A stretch of DNA of 61,141 bases, counting the filler. It is 4 parts of 4 records of this genome, joined end to end, with 100 filler letters (N's around TTAATTAATTAA, not from the genome) between each part and the next. Parts side by side here need not be neighbours in the genome. Positions count along the whole stretch, not along the records: positions 11,319 to 29,334 come from DRR723986_4126; 3 more parts are not named here. One strand, 5' to 3'. Numbering within the stretch: the first letter of the stretch is position 1; every line of letters starts with the position of its first letter. The notes beneath the pieces were generated by a model. It was not told the DNA's origin. It made no database searches and saw only the letters and a program-made list of their open reading frames with translations. The position numbers and the translations under genes were made by a program. Of this stretch, positions 17,240 to 27,649 are shown piece after piece.

Positions 17240-18556
17240 TTAAGCGCTCTTTCGAGTGAGCTTGTTCGCATTGGATCCAGTCACGCGAATTGGAACGTAG
17301 CCTTCAAACTTTCGGCGCCCGGTAGTGAAAGCCGAGATCGATGCAAGGATCATTACATTGACCGGAGTGTTGAACACGCTCCAAGGGGTCGATTCTGTGA
17401 AGCTCATCACGAAGACGATTCCCAATAGGAGCAACAATGCGGTCGCTTCCAAGTCTTTTGAGGATAACCAATTCCGAATTGCGTGCTGAGCTTGCCACAT
17501 CCAAGTCGCAATATAGAGAGCCCAACCGACATAGCCGAGGTGCACCCGCACTTCCATGTAAGCATTGTGGAACGACAATTTTGTCCCGTACGGTTTGAAG
17601 TCATAGAAGTTGATCGATTGTGCAGCGCCATTATCGTACTGCCAAAACCCTGCGAGGCCTGTGCCCGTAATTGGATGCTGGTCCTGAATCACACGTCCTG
17701 CAGCCCAGATCGCTTTCCGACCGCTGAAGGTAGAATCCTTACCCACCGCCTGCAGAAAGTCACCCATAAAATCTTCTTCCGGCATCGCAAGTAAGACTGT
17801 GGCAACGACAAGAATAAAAACGATCCCCGCCGACAGTAAAAGGCTGCGTGCATACTTGACCCGCCCCATATCGATCCACAGGAATCTCAAAGCCAGCATT
17901 CCAACAACTCCACCAGCCCCAGCCACTAGATTGGTTGCTGAATTGGCAGAATAAACGAATACCGCCCCCATCAAGACAAATGGAATTGCGGACACCCGGA
18001 TCCATACGAGCTCTTTTTTGTTTAATGCAGCGGCCAGAGATAGCAGCATCATGAAGTTCATCTGCAAGGCGACATAGTTCTTGGATGGATATGGTCCGCC
18101 GTATTGTATGCTCTGGAACTCCTTCAGCACCATGAAGGCCGCGATCCACCCCGCGAACATCAGACACCGCATTACCCTGCGGGCATCCATCAGTGATACG
18201 ATTGTCACCATGATCAATGGCGTCAAAATGAAGTAAACTGCCTGCTTGAGTGCTTCCGATGGATAAGGCGACCAAAGGATCGAGGATAGGCCGAAAGCTG
18301 GCAACATGAATAGCGGCCAAGCCTTGACAATCGTAGGAAATACAACCGCGCTTCGAACCGCCATCAAAGCCAGCATGGCCAAAACAGATAGATAGCGGAT
18401 TGCCGTAACGCCCGGGAACTCGATGTACGTGGAAAAGAACCAGCCGGTCACAATCGCCTGGAGCCACAATGGTGAGTTGTGGTCATTTGAGAAGACCTTG
18501 GCCCATACCAACGTCGTCTGATCGCTCACTTTCATTTTGCGAGATATAAAATTCAT
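17240..18556 (-). CDS. Wzy polymerase / O-antigen ligase family (ExoQ-like)
   Basis: About 10-12 TM helices, GKDSTFSGRKAIW, FHNAYME. Confidence 0.85.
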   Translation of the reverse strand: MNFISRKMKVSDQTTLVWAKVFSNDHNSPLWLQAIVTGWFFSTYIEFPGVTAIRYLSVLAMLALMAVRSAVVFPTIVKAWPLFMLPAFGLSSILWSPYPSEALKQAVYFILTPLIMVTIVSLMDARRVMRCLMFAGWIAAFMVLKEFQSIQYGGPYPSKNYVALQMNFMMLLSLAAALNKKELVWIRVSAIPFVLMGAVFVYSANSATNLVAGAGGVVGMLALRFLWIDMGRVKYARSLLLSAGIVFILVVATVLLAMPEEDFMGDFLQAVGKDSTFSGRKAIWAAGRVIQDQHPITGTGLAGFWQYDNGAAQSINFYDFKPYGTKLSFHNAYMEVRVHLGYVGWALYIATWMWQAQHAIRNWLSSKDLEATALLLLLGIVFVMSFTESTPWSVFNTPVNVMILASISAFTTGRRKFEGYVPIRVTGSNANKLTRKSA

Positions 18557-19755
18557 TGTGCCGCTCGTTCCGAAAGGACTTCATCCAGAAGGTCGGACAA
18601 AAAGCCCGCCGGCTGCACGAAATCTTCGCCAGGACACTCCGCAAGCGCGCCGGCGCAAACCAAAATCTCATTGGGTTCGTCCGCGAGGCGGGAAATCAAC
18701 GATGGCAGTGTCGTCTCAAGCGGCTCAGCAACTTCAAAACCGCCTTTATGCCGAGAGATCCATTGAGCCGTTTCTGTTCCAACCGGCGCAATCGCAGGAA
18801 CACAATAGTATCCGCCTTCGTAGATGCGATTTGGCAGCAACCAGACGGAATTGAATCCTGCCTCCATGAAATCCCCCGCCCAAACCAAATCGAGCTGGCC
18901 ATACAACTTCGACAGATCTTCCGGTGACTTGTAGCGACCATGATAGATCATGTTTGGGTGTTTTGAGACTTCCGGTTCAAACACCGGGATTTCGCGCCGC
19001 GCCGGAACTCCATGAATGTGGATTTCCAGCGTATCCGGAAACTGGTCTGCCAGACCGCAGAGCAGATCGAAAGAACGTTGGCACCGCAGGACACCAACCC
19101 ACCCGAGGCGCATTGGCCGGTCAGCCGCAGGCGCTTCAGGAACCGGCCGTGGCCCGTACTCTGCTCCCGCTGCGAGGCGGTTCTCAACGAGAACCGCCCG
19201 GTACTGACCGGGATAATATCGCTCGAAATGGTTTCGCAGGAATGCAGGTGAACTGACGATCAGGCCGATAGTTCGCCGCAGAAGACTGCGTTCCAGCTGG
19301 CGCAGTGCCTTGCCGATCAGATCCTGCCGGCACAAGAGACGGTGGATATCCAGTGACTCGTAAATCACTGGAGTATCAAGCCCAGCCTTATGCTTGGCCA
19401 GGAAAGCACACGCGAGCATATCCAGATTGCGCGCAACAATAACATCTGCCTTTGCCAGGTCTTCCATTTGCGCAGATGCTATTGCGGCTCCGGAAAAGAC
19501 CTGCCGGATCCTCTGAAGGAATGCGCCGTCTGCCGTCAGGCCGAGATCGATATTCTTCCACTCTGTCGACTGAATATCGCCACGGCGCATCATGAAACCT
19601 GTGACGGCTACGCCATCGTCTTCGAATCCCCGGACGCGGCGGCGGATCGCGGCGTCACCGGCGTCATGGCCGAAATATGCAACACGCCACGTCCGCGAGC
19701 CCTTCACGGCCTCGCGCTCCATGGATGGTTTCGCGATCCGCGCATTTCCTGACAT
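18553..19755 (-). CDS. Glycosyltransferase, ExoL-like
   Basis: DAAIRRRV, ARNLDML, YESLDIHRL, NSVWLLPNRIYEGG. Confidence 0.85.
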   Translation of the reverse strand: MSGNARIAKPSMEREAVKGSRTWRVAYFGHDAGDAAIRRRVRGFEDDGVAVTGFMMRRGDIQSTEWKNIDLGLTADGAFLQRIRQVFSGAAIASAQMEDLAKADVIVARNLDMLACAFLAKHKAGLDTPVIYESLDIHRLLCRQDLIGKALRQLERSLLRRTIGLIVSSPAFLRNHFERYYPGQYRAVLVENRLAAGAEYGPRPVPEAPAADRPMRLGWVGVLRCQRSFDLLCGLADQFPDTLEIHIHGVPARREIPVFEPEVSKHPNMIYHGRYKSPEDLSKLYGQLDLVWAGDFMEAGFNSVWLLPNRIYEGGYYCVPAIAPVGTETAQWISRHKGGFEVAEPLETTLPSLISRLADEPNEILVCAGALAECPGEDFVQPAGFLSDLLDEVLSERAAQ

Positions 19756-19778
19756 GGACCCGTCTCGCTTCGTACTGG

Positions 19779-22175
19779 TTATTCAAATCCCACAGGGACT
19801 TCTTCTTCCATCCTGCCCTTGGCCTTCTCCGGCGGCGTTTGCACAGCCACGGGGCCCTTTCCGCCTTTCTTCCGTTTACCTGCACCATTGAGGTCAAAGC
19901 CAAACACGGACTTCTTGCTCTCCATCTGGTAGTATTTGCGGTAGGCTTTGTAGCTGGCACCTGGGTCACGGTGATGACGACGACGGTTGAGGTCGACCAT
20001 GTTGAGTGTTGCGCCGAGCACGTCCGCATTGAACGAGCGCAGCAGGTTCAGCGATTGTTTTACGGCAGCACGGGTCGAATGACGCCAGCGCACCATCAGG
20101 ATGGTTTTATCAACTTTGCCTGCGACCACGCGAGCCTCTGCCATTAGGAGCAAAGGCCCCGTATCGATCAGGATCAGGTCGTACATCGACCGCAGGCGTG
20201 ACAACAAATCATCAAAGGCGCGCGTACCAAAGACATCATGCGGCGTATGGCCAGACTGGGACAGAGGAAGGACATCCAGCATCGTCTTGCTGTCTTTCTG
20301 GATCGCATCCGATAGCTGACCGGCGCCAAACAGGTGTTCGATGAAACCGATCTCCGGCGACATGCCCGCAGCTTCTGTCAACTGGCGCCGGCGAAAGTCA
20401 CCGTCGATCACGATCGTCCGCGAACCGGACATAGCCGACATACGGCCCAGGCTGAGCGTGAGGCTGGTCTTGCCTTCATCTGGCAGCGACGAGGTGATCG
20501 CCACCGTCTTGGTCTCGCTATCGAGATCGGAGAACGCGATTGCAGCCCTGAGGTAGCGAACACTTTCCGCGTACGCTGATAGTGGATTTTCCACCAGGTA
20601 ATCTGCGGGATTCATCTGGCCGAGGCCGAACAGGCTGGACGCCCGGATCAGCGGCACAGAACCGATGGCAGACACGCCAAGCTTGCGTTCAATTTCTTCC
20701 GTCGAACTGATCTTGGCATCGAACATCTCCGCGATGATCGCCATTGCCGCACCAATCGCTACGCCAAGGATCGCCCCGATCAAAAGGTTCAGCTTCTTCT
20801 TTGGCGCAGCCGGACTGTTTGGTACCGAGGCCGCAGACAGAATAACCGCGTCGGCCTGGACGAGATCGTCCTGAACACTGGTCTCTTTTGATCGCGCAAT
20901 GAATTCTTCGTATAGCACGCGGCTTGTTTCAGCGTCACGCTCGAGCTCACGCAGCCGAACGCTCGCGATGGAGTTGTCGCGCAGCTGGGCATTGGCTTGA
21001 TTGATACGGGCCTGGATCGCATTGACCTGGTCCTGTTTGGCCCTGACCTCGCTTTCAAGGTTACCCGCAATACGGTTCACTTCCGCCGTCATTTGCCGCT
21101 CGACGTCACGTACCTCGTTCCGGGCACCAATCAGTTCAGGGTGCTGAGGACCGAGCTTTGTCTCCAATTCTGCCACACGCCCCCGCAGCGTAGAAAGCTG
21201 CTCCTTGAGACGGGAAATCAACGGAGAATCGAGTACTTCACTGATGCCATCAACACCGGCACCGGAATCGATCTGCCGGCGCATATTCTCATAACGGGCC
21301 CGGGCCTGGCTTAGATCGAAATCGAGCTGAGTTTTCTGCTTGGTCAGGTCGGCAATTTTTTGCTCCGCCAGCGTGGTACCCATCGCAGTGTCCAGGCCAT
21401 TCTGTGCCCGATACAGCTCCACGCGATTTTCCTTTTCCGCTACTTCATCGCGCAAACCGGAAACTCGCTCACCCAACCATTCCGTGGCGCGGCGGGTTGC
21501 ATCCAGCTTCGTATCCAACTGTTGCACGCGGTATTGGTCTGCAACGGCATTCGCCAATCGAGCTGCCGTCTCCGGGGACGTCGACACGACCGTAACAGTC
21601 AGCAGGTAGGTTGTTCCCACACGAGAAACACTGACCCGGTTCGTCAGTGCCTGGACCACCGAAGACATAATAGCGGCTTCGCGCTCTTCAGCGCTGAGGC
21701 CGGCATAGGGGTCAAGCCGCTCCGTCCGCATACCGAGGCTTTTCTTGATGGGTTTTGTCAATCCATCAATCAGGCCTGGTTTATGTTCGACGAGAGTCCA
21801 GTTGAATTCCGGGTCCTCGATGAGTTTCTGACGCTCCGCAACTTTGGTCAGAAGGGACTTCGAGCTGATCACCATGACTTCGGTGTCAATGACCGCAGTG
21901 TTGGCAACAATGCCGCCCAACACACTTCCAAGGTCGATAACGTTCTCCTGGTTGGCACCCAGCTGAATTGTCGTCGACGCTTTGTAGATCGGTGTCGCCG
22001 TGAACGTGATGTAAGCAACAGCCAGAAACACGACCAGAAAACCGGTCATGATCAACCAGAACCGGCGATAAACAATGCCAACCAGAGACTTCAGGTCAAA
22101 GGATGTTTCTTCACCAGCCGGTGCATCATGGCCGGTCATCTGTGAAGGTAGCTCGAAGCTGAAACTCTTAGTCAA
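19779..22175 (-). CDS. Polysaccharide co-polymerase / tyrosine autokinase (Wzc/ExoP-like)
   Basis: Two TM segments flanking coiled coils, Walker A SSLPDEGKTS, DGDFRR, C-terminal Tyr cluster YKAYRKYY. Confidence 0.92.
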   Translation of the reverse strand: MTKSFSFELPSQMTGHDAPAGEETSFDLKSLVGIVYRRFWLIMTGFLVVFLAVAYITFTATPIYKASTTIQLGANQENVIDLGSVLGGIVANTAVIDTEVMVISSKSLLTKVAERQKLIEDPEFNWTLVEHKPGLIDGLTKPIKKSLGMRTERLDPYAGLSAEEREAAIMSSVVQALTNRVSVSRVGTTYLLTVTVVSTSPETAARLANAVADQYRVQQLDTKLDATRRATEWLGERVSGLRDEVAEKENRVELYRAQNGLDTAMGTTLAEQKIADLTKQKTQLDFDLSQARARYENMRRQIDSGAGVDGISEVLDSPLISRLKEQLSTLRGRVAELETKLGPQHPELIGARNEVRDVERQMTAEVNRIAGNLESEVRAKQDQVNAIQARINQANAQLRDNSIASVRLRELERDAETSRVLYEEFIARSKETSVQDDLVQADAVILSAASVPNSPAAPKKKLNLLIGAILGVAIGAAMAIIAEMFDAKISSTEEIERKLGVSAIGSVPLIRASSLFGLGQMNPADYLVENPLSAYAESVRYLRAAIAFSDLDSETKTVAITSSLPDEGKTSLTLSLGRMSAMSGSRTIVIDGDFRRRQLTEAAGMSPEIGFIEHLFGAGQLSDAIQKDSKTMLDVLPLSQSGHTPHDVFGTRAFDDLLSRLRSMYDLILIDTGPLLLMAEARVVAGKVDKTILMVRWRHSTRAAVKQSLNLLRSFNADVLGATLNMVDLNRRRHHRDPGASYKAYRKYYQMESKKSVFGFDLNGAGKRKKGGKGPVAVQTPPEKAKGRMEEEVPVGFE

Positions 22176-22229
22176 AACACTGTACCGATGATTGGAGTGA
22201 GCTGAAGGCGCAGATTAGTCCGCGATTGC

Positions 22230-23525
22230 TTAGGGGTGGAAACGAAACTCTACGCCGACCATGTCGATTCCATACGATGGCACGAACGCGACGTTTGCAC
22301 CGTTGGAATCCCAGTCCAGGTGCCGGGCAAAGGCATCGATGTGGAGACGCTTGTTCATCTTGTAGGTCGCTGCCACACGATAATTTGTGATCTCGTCAGT
22401 GCGGTCGATTTCCTGATAATCATAGTCTGAGAAAGTGACCTGCGCCGACAAGATGAGATTCCGGCGAAGCTCATGATCAATTTCAGCACCGTAGTTCGTC
22501 GCGAGCGCACTCGGCGCTTCAAAAATACCCGTGTCCGAAACGCGCCGGCTGCCCGTGAAAGTCACGGTCGTCAGTCGCGATGGGAACCACTGAACCCGCC
22601 CATCGACAGACACGCCATCCACATCCGAGAAAAAGTCGTCTTTCTTGTCTTCATTGAGATAGCCAACAGCAACATCACCGCGGATCAGGGACTGAAGCTC
22701 AAAATCCACACCGGCTGCAACCGTATATCCCTTGGAATCACGGCTTCGCGGCAAGCCGCCGATAATTTGCGTGGTATCATAGGACGTGTCGTGAGCCGTT
22801 CCCTGCACGAATACTGCCAGGTCAGGCGACACCGCGTATGTCAGCCGCGAGCGGGCATAAGTATCTTCGTTGTCGCGGAAATCCTGGTCAGACACAGCAC
22901 CAGACCCAATAATCCGACCGTCTTTATAGTTGTAGTCTCTAACGCCAACCGCATTCGCCCAGCGGAACCGGTCATTCGCGTAATTGGCACTCACTTCTGC
23001 GCCCGCGGCAGTGTACTCGATCGGCTTTTCCAGTCCGCCGAGTCCGGCAGGATCATAGCGTTGCAGCACCGATTGATCAGCAAATGCGCGTGCACCGAGC
23101 GAGAATTCCCGGGTCACATCGAGCCGGCCATTCACGCCAGCATGAAGCGACGGCGCGGATTCGTCTGATAGGTCCAGGTATTCGTTCTGATACGCAGAAA
23201 CGTCGAAGCCGACCTGATGGACGTTCCAGTCCGTGCGCCCAACTGCCTCGCCGCCAATCCGGACGATGACGTCAGATTCTTCGTTGTTGTCCTGTGCGTA
23301 GACATTCGAATTGTAGGTCGCACCGAGCACTGCGGTCGCATCCACCAGGAAGGTGCCAAGACGAATAGGCTCTGGATCGAACTCCGGCTGGCGGCGGTCT
23401 TTTACGGCTTCGTACTTGTTTCTGCTGTAGTAATTGTCAGCCCCTTGCCCCTGCGCCATCGCGGTTCCTGCAACAAGGCTGCCACCTGCAACCGTGAGAA
23501 GGCAAAGTTTTTTTACGTGGTTCAT
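22230..23525 (-). CDS. Outer-membrane beta-barrel protein associated with EPS export
   Basis: Signal peptide MNHVKK...AMA, YNSNVY, amphipathic strands; adjacent to wzc. Confidence 0.8.
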   Translation of the reverse strand: MNHVKKLCLLTVAGGSLVAGTAMAQGQGADNYYSRNKYEAVKDRRQPEFDPEPIRLGTFLVDATAVLGATYNSNVYAQDNNEESDVIVRIGGEAVGRTDWNVHQVGFDVSAYQNEYLDLSDESAPSLHAGVNGRLDVTREFSLGARAFADQSVLQRYDPAGLGGLEKPIEYTAAGAEVSANYANDRFRWANAVGVRDYNYKDGRIIGSGAVSDQDFRDNEDTYARSRLTYAVSPDLAVFVQGTAHDTSYDTTQIIGGLPRSRDSKGYTVAAGVDFELQSLIRGDVAVGYLNEDKKDDFFSDVDGVSVDGRVQWFPSRLTTVTFTGSRRVSDTGIFEAPSALATNYGAEIDHELRRNLILSAQVTFSDYDYQEIDRTDEITNYRVAATYKMNKRLHIDAFARHLDWDSNGANVAFVPSYGIDMVGVEFRFHP

Positions 23526-23850
23526 ATGTCTGAGTTCCCTCACAAATTGCGCCGGATGACCGCTCTGTTCGCCGTTTACCTCAATCATTTTGCAAGTGTC
23601 ATACCATTGACCTGCAAGGTTTCAGGAGGCTGTTAAACTTTAGATACACGAGAACTAGCCGCTTCGGCGAGTTTTCCTGCCAACCTCCCCTGTTGCGCGT
23701 ACCTTTTCAAGCGGCGACGCTTCAAACACACAAAATTAACTTTGTCCCGGCGGTCGACTAGTTTTTAGAAAAGAGTGCGCCGGAAACAGTTCCTGTGTGT
23801 CGTCAAAACCGCCTTCAGGCTGTTTCCCCAGTGCCCGTAGGAAGATTGCG

Positions 23851-24852
23851 TCAGGCTGAATGCCTGGTCGGACCGCCGTTACCGTTGATCTTGTTTCCGA
23901 TCGCCTTCAGCAGATTGCGTGCAACATGGAGGCTTGCGGGGACAGAAATCATGAAAGCTTTCAAAAGCCCGATCGGGTTCTTCGCACGCACGGCTGCAAT
24001 CGCTGTCCAGGCAGCCCATTCTTTCTCGCAATACCGTGTATAACCGGCAAACGCAGCACGCTCGGCTGGTGCGAGCCCTTCCCGCTTGAGGAAAGTACGC
24101 CCCATAAGAGCGAGTTTCCGGTGGTCATTCGCGCCTTGTCTGTGAGATGCCGATCCGTCCCGAACCACGAAAACATATCCCATCGGATCCGCCAGGACAG
24201 CCTTTGCGCCGCCGACCAGCAAACGCGCGTACAGCTCGAAGTCTTCGCCGAACCGAATGTCCGATTTGTACGGCTCGGATCCCGCCGCACCGCGCCGGAT
24301 CAGTGGTTTAAGAAAACCAAGTTCCGAGCGCTCCATCTCGACCGCGTAAGAACGATTAACAAACAATTCTGCGGTCAGCGGGACGTCCCCCAGTGGTTTC
24401 TCAGGCCACAAGTGTCGGGTTACAGTCTCCGGCGCGCTGGTTGAGCTTATCAACAGGTTGTCGGCAACGATATCAAATCCGCCTTCGCGCGCTTTCTCCA
24501 GCAATGATGCAACCCGTTCCGGCAACATGAAATCATCACTGTCGAAGGGCGTGAACCAACCCGCATCCGTTTCCCGCAAGGCCCGGTTTCTGGCAGCCGC
24601 CGGACCGCCGTTCTGCACCATTTTCAGAAAGATCACATTGTCGAAACGACGGGCATAGTCCTCGGCAATCTCCGGTCCGGAATCCTTTGACCCGTCATCA
24701 ACGACCAGGATCTCGAATTGAATCCCTTCTGGCGGTTTCTGTGCAACCGCACTTTCCAACGCACGCGCAATATTCGCCTCATCGTTGTAAAGCGGAATTA
24801 TGATCGCGACCTTGGTCTCGTCATACGTATTTGAGGCGGGCTCTGCCGGCAT
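23851..24852 (-). CDS. GT2 glycosyltransferase (ExoO/ExoU-like)
   Basis: IIIPLYN, VDDGSKD, GPAAARN, ELGFLKP, GEDFELYAR. Confidence 0.85.
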   Translation of the reverse strand: MPAEPASNTYDETKVAIIIPLYNDEANIARALESAVAQKPPEGIQFEILVVDDGSKDSGPEIAEDYARRFDNVIFLKMVQNGGPAAARNRALRETDAGWFTPFDSDDFMLPERVASLLEKAREGGFDIVADNLLISSTSAPETVTRHLWPEKPLGDVPLTAELFVNRSYAVEMERSELGFLKPLIRRGAAGSEPYKSDIRFGEDFELYARLLVGGAKAVLADPMGYVFVVRDGSASHRQGANDHRKLALMGRTFLKREGLAPAERAAFAGYTRYCEKEWAAWTAIAAVRAKNPIGLLKAFMISVPASLHVARNLLKAIGNKINGNGGPTRHSA

Positions 24853-25064
24853 AAGTTATGACTTACCTGTTCTCAAAGGGCACAATATGCAAATTCGGGG
24901 CAAGTGGTTTGGATTTGGTTTCCAGTACTGACAGTACCTATGGTTTCAGAATGAAACTTGCGCCGGATTGGCTCTGAATTGGTCTTCAATATGCATGAAG
25001 TACAACACAAGATAGCAAATCAGGACCGGAGCGCGCCAGCCTTCGGCACGAAGGTACAGCGCCG

Positions 25065-26192
25065 TTGATAGAAACCGAAGCCATCGTAATCGGAGCCGGT
25101 GCAGTCGGGCTCGCTTGCGGCGCGGCTTTAGCCCGCACCGGCAAAGAAACACTGGTTCTCGAAAGTGCACTCGGTATCGGAACCGGCACCTCGGCCCGCA
25201 ACAGCGAAGTCATTCATGCGGGGCTGTATTATCCAACCGGATCCCTGCGTCATCAGCTGTGCGTCGCTGGCCGTCGGCGGCTGTATCAGTGGTTGGCGGA
25301 GCGCGGCGTTCCCCACCGCAAAACAGGCAAGCTGATCGTGGGAACGACTGATGCGCAGATACCGCGCATGCAGGCGCTGTTCGATCAAGGGATGCGTAAC
25401 GATGTGGAAGGGCTTCGTTTTCTGACAGGATCAGAAGCGATTGCGCTGGAGCCGAATCTAACCTGCTCGGCCGCTGTTCTGTCAGAAGAAACCGGCATAA
25501 TCGATAGTCACGCCTACATGCTCTCGCTCCAGGGCGACCTCGAAGACCATGGCGGTTCGGTCGTCGTCGGCGCACCCGTAGAAACAGCAGAAATCCTTCC
25601 AGATGGACGGTTCCTTCTGGGCATAGGTGGAGCAGAGCCGGCCGACATCGTCACACGGGTTCTGGTGAACAGCACCGGCCTGCACGCCGTGCAGGTTGCC
25701 CGGCAAATGAAAGGTTACCACCCCGATCTCATCCCTTTCTTTACGCTCGCCAAGGGCAATTATTTCAGCTGCCTTGCCAAGCCGGCCTTCCAGCGCCTGA
25801 TCTATCCGGTACCCGTGGAAGGCGGTCTTGGTGTTCACATCACGCTGGACCTGGGCGGCCGCATGCGCTTCGGCCCTGACGTGGAATGGCTCGGACATGA
25901 TGATCCAGACCGGATCGACTTCACTGTCGACCTCAGCCGGGCCGACAATTTCTACGATGCCGTCCGCCAATACTGGCCAGGATTGCCCGACGGCGCGATT
26001 GTAGCGGATTATTCCGGTTGCCGCCCAAAACTCTCTTCACCGGGTGAACCGGCAGCGGATTTTCGTATCGATGGTCCCGAACTCCACGGTCATGCCGGAT
26101 TGATCCACTTATTCGGAATAGAATCCCCTGGCCTGACAAGTTCTCTCGCCATTGCGGAAGAAGTCGTCAGCCGACTGTCGGAACTGGACTGA
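25065..26192 (+). CDS. FAD-dependent oxidoreductase, L-2-hydroxyglutarate oxidase family
   Basis: GAGAVG, SARNSEVIHAGLYY, GLGVH, GIESPGLTSS. Confidence 0.88.
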   Translation: MIETEAIVIGAGAVGLACGAALARTGKETLVLESALGIGTGTSARNSEVIHAGLYYPTGSLRHQLCVAGRRRLYQWLAERGVPHRKTGKLIVGTTDAQIPRMQALFDQGMRNDVEGLRFLTGSEAIALEPNLTCSAAVLSEETGIIDSHAYMLSLQGDLEDHGGSVVVGAPVETAEILPDGRFLLGIGGAEPADIVTRVLVNSTGLHAVQVARQMKGYHPDLIPFFTLAKGNYFSCLAKPAFQRLIYPVPVEGGLGVHITLDLGGRMRFGPDVEWLGHDDPDRIDFTVDLSRADNFYDAVRQYWPGLPDGAIVADYSGCRPKLSSPGEPAADFRIDGPELHGHAGLIHLFGIESPGLTSSLAIAEEVVSRLSELD

Positions 26193-26254
26193 GATTTTTC
26201 CGAACCATTTGGTTCCGTTGTGCATAGACACAATAACAGAATCCTGAGTTTGCC

Positions 26255-26563
26255 ATGACAACTTTTGATCCCCGGCGGAGTTACTGTCGGCACCGCACAA
26301 GCCGTCGAACACGACTAAGGCCCAATGGATACAGGACCTGGATCCATGCCGCGATGATCGATTGGTCCGCTGCAGGTGCAAGCCTTTCCTGTCCCAATCA
26401 TGAAGTTCCACTAGGCCCGGCAATATTGGCTGTTTCGCCGATGGACGGCACAAACGACATCAAACTGGCCTGTGAGGTCGTCTGGCGTCGCAGCGATCAA
26501 CTAGGCCTGAAGTTCTCACCCGGCGCGCCGAAGAAAGAAGATAATGCGGTAGACGTCCACTAA
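26255..26563 (+). CDS. PilZ-domain protein
   Basis: Arg-rich RxxxR-like N-terminus, DWSAAG (DxSxxG), CEVVWR...GLKF. Confidence 0.7.
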   Translation: MTTFDPRRSYCRHRTSRRTRLRPNGYRTWIHAAMIDWSAAGASLSCPNHEVPLGPAILAVSPMDGTNDIKLACEVVWRRSDQLGLKFSPGAPKKEDNAVDVH

Positions 26564-27510
26564 CTCGCCCTGCCGTATTCTTCATACGTCCGGCCAGTCG
26601 CAAACGAGATCATGCCAGCACCTCTGCAGACTGTGTAACAGCGTTCCAATATCTTACGCGGGTTTCTGCCAAGCGTGACGAGCCAGACGATTGCAACAAG
26701 AAGAGCCCCAACAACAACGCGTATGACACCATGGAAAAGTGCCCGCACACGCGACAGGAAGGGTGAGAGGTTCCGTCCCGCAATCAAGGCATCGCTGATC
26801 CCTGTCCGGTACCAGCGGCGCATCAGCCAGCGAGAATTTGCCCGGATATCTGGAACATGTTCATAAACCAAAGCGTCTTTCGCCCGCGTAAGTCGCCGTC
26901 CGGCATCCAACATGCGTGTGAAGAAGAGTGTATCTTCTCCACCTAACAGGGACATGCACGGCTCAAATGTCAGGCCCAGCTCGGAAACGGTTTTCATCTC
27001 GATAAGGCAATTGCAGGTCGCGCCGGGTTTGGATTGATCTTCATCCGCCTCCATCGGAGTACCATGCACGCCCCAATCTCTGATCCATTGAGGCGCTGCG
27101 GCGGAATACACCGACTCCACTGGACCGAACACAGCTGCGGATGGACGGACGTCATATCGCTCGACAAGCGCCACCAGCCAATCCGCGGAAGCAAACTCGT
27201 CATCATCTATGAAAGCAAGGAAATCGAAATTCACCGCCGCGACCAGTGCCCGGTTGCGCACATGAGTTACCCCGGGGGCTTCTTCGATTTCATAATGCAG
27301 TGGACCCTCAAATTGGCTTTGCCACTTCTCTACGACGTGCCGCGCACCACCACTTTTCTCATTGTCGATGATGAGAAACTCGACCTCGACGCCATCAGGA
27401 ATATGTACGTCTCGCAAGCTTTTCAGCAGGCCGTCGAGCAAGTCATTGCGCTTGTAGGTTGCCGAAGCAACAAGCAGTTTTCTGCGAGAAGAGTTACTTG
27501 TGACTGGCAT
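26560..27510 (-). CDS. GT2 glycosyltransferase (ExoM-like)
   Basis: TYKR, IDN, AFIDDDE, GGEDTLFF, WLMRRWYRTG. Confidence 0.85.
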   Translation of the reverse strand: MPVTSNSSRRKLLVASATYKRNDLLDGLLKSLRDVHIPDGVEVEFLIIDNEKSGGARHVVEKWQSQFEGPLHYEIEEAPGVTHVRNRALVAAVNFDFLAFIDDDEFASADWLVALVERYDVRPSAAVFGPVESVYSAAAPQWIRDWGVHGTPMEADEDQSKPGATCNCLIEMKTVSELGLTFEPCMSLLGGEDTLFFTRMLDAGRRLTRAKDALVYEHVPDIRANSRWLMRRWYRTGISDALIAGRNLSPFLSRVRALFHGVIRVVVGALLVAIVWLVTLGRNPRKILERCYTVCRGAGMISFATGRTYEEYGRAS

Positions 27511-27595
27511 TTTTCGCTCCTGCCCACAGGCTCAACGACAATAAAGCAAAAAGCCTGCCGCCTTGAAGCCGCCGCGCCTGAGACTTCCACAAAAG

Positions 27596-27632
27596 AAAAC
27601 CGCCCCGGAATTTCACGTTCCGGGGCGGTTTG
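27596..27632 (-). terminator. Terminator after acyl-CoA dehydrogenase
   Basis: AAAACCGCCCCGGAA...TTCCGGGGCGGTTT inverted repeat. Confidence 0.75.
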
Positions 27633-27649
27633 TCTTGATAGATGGCCGA

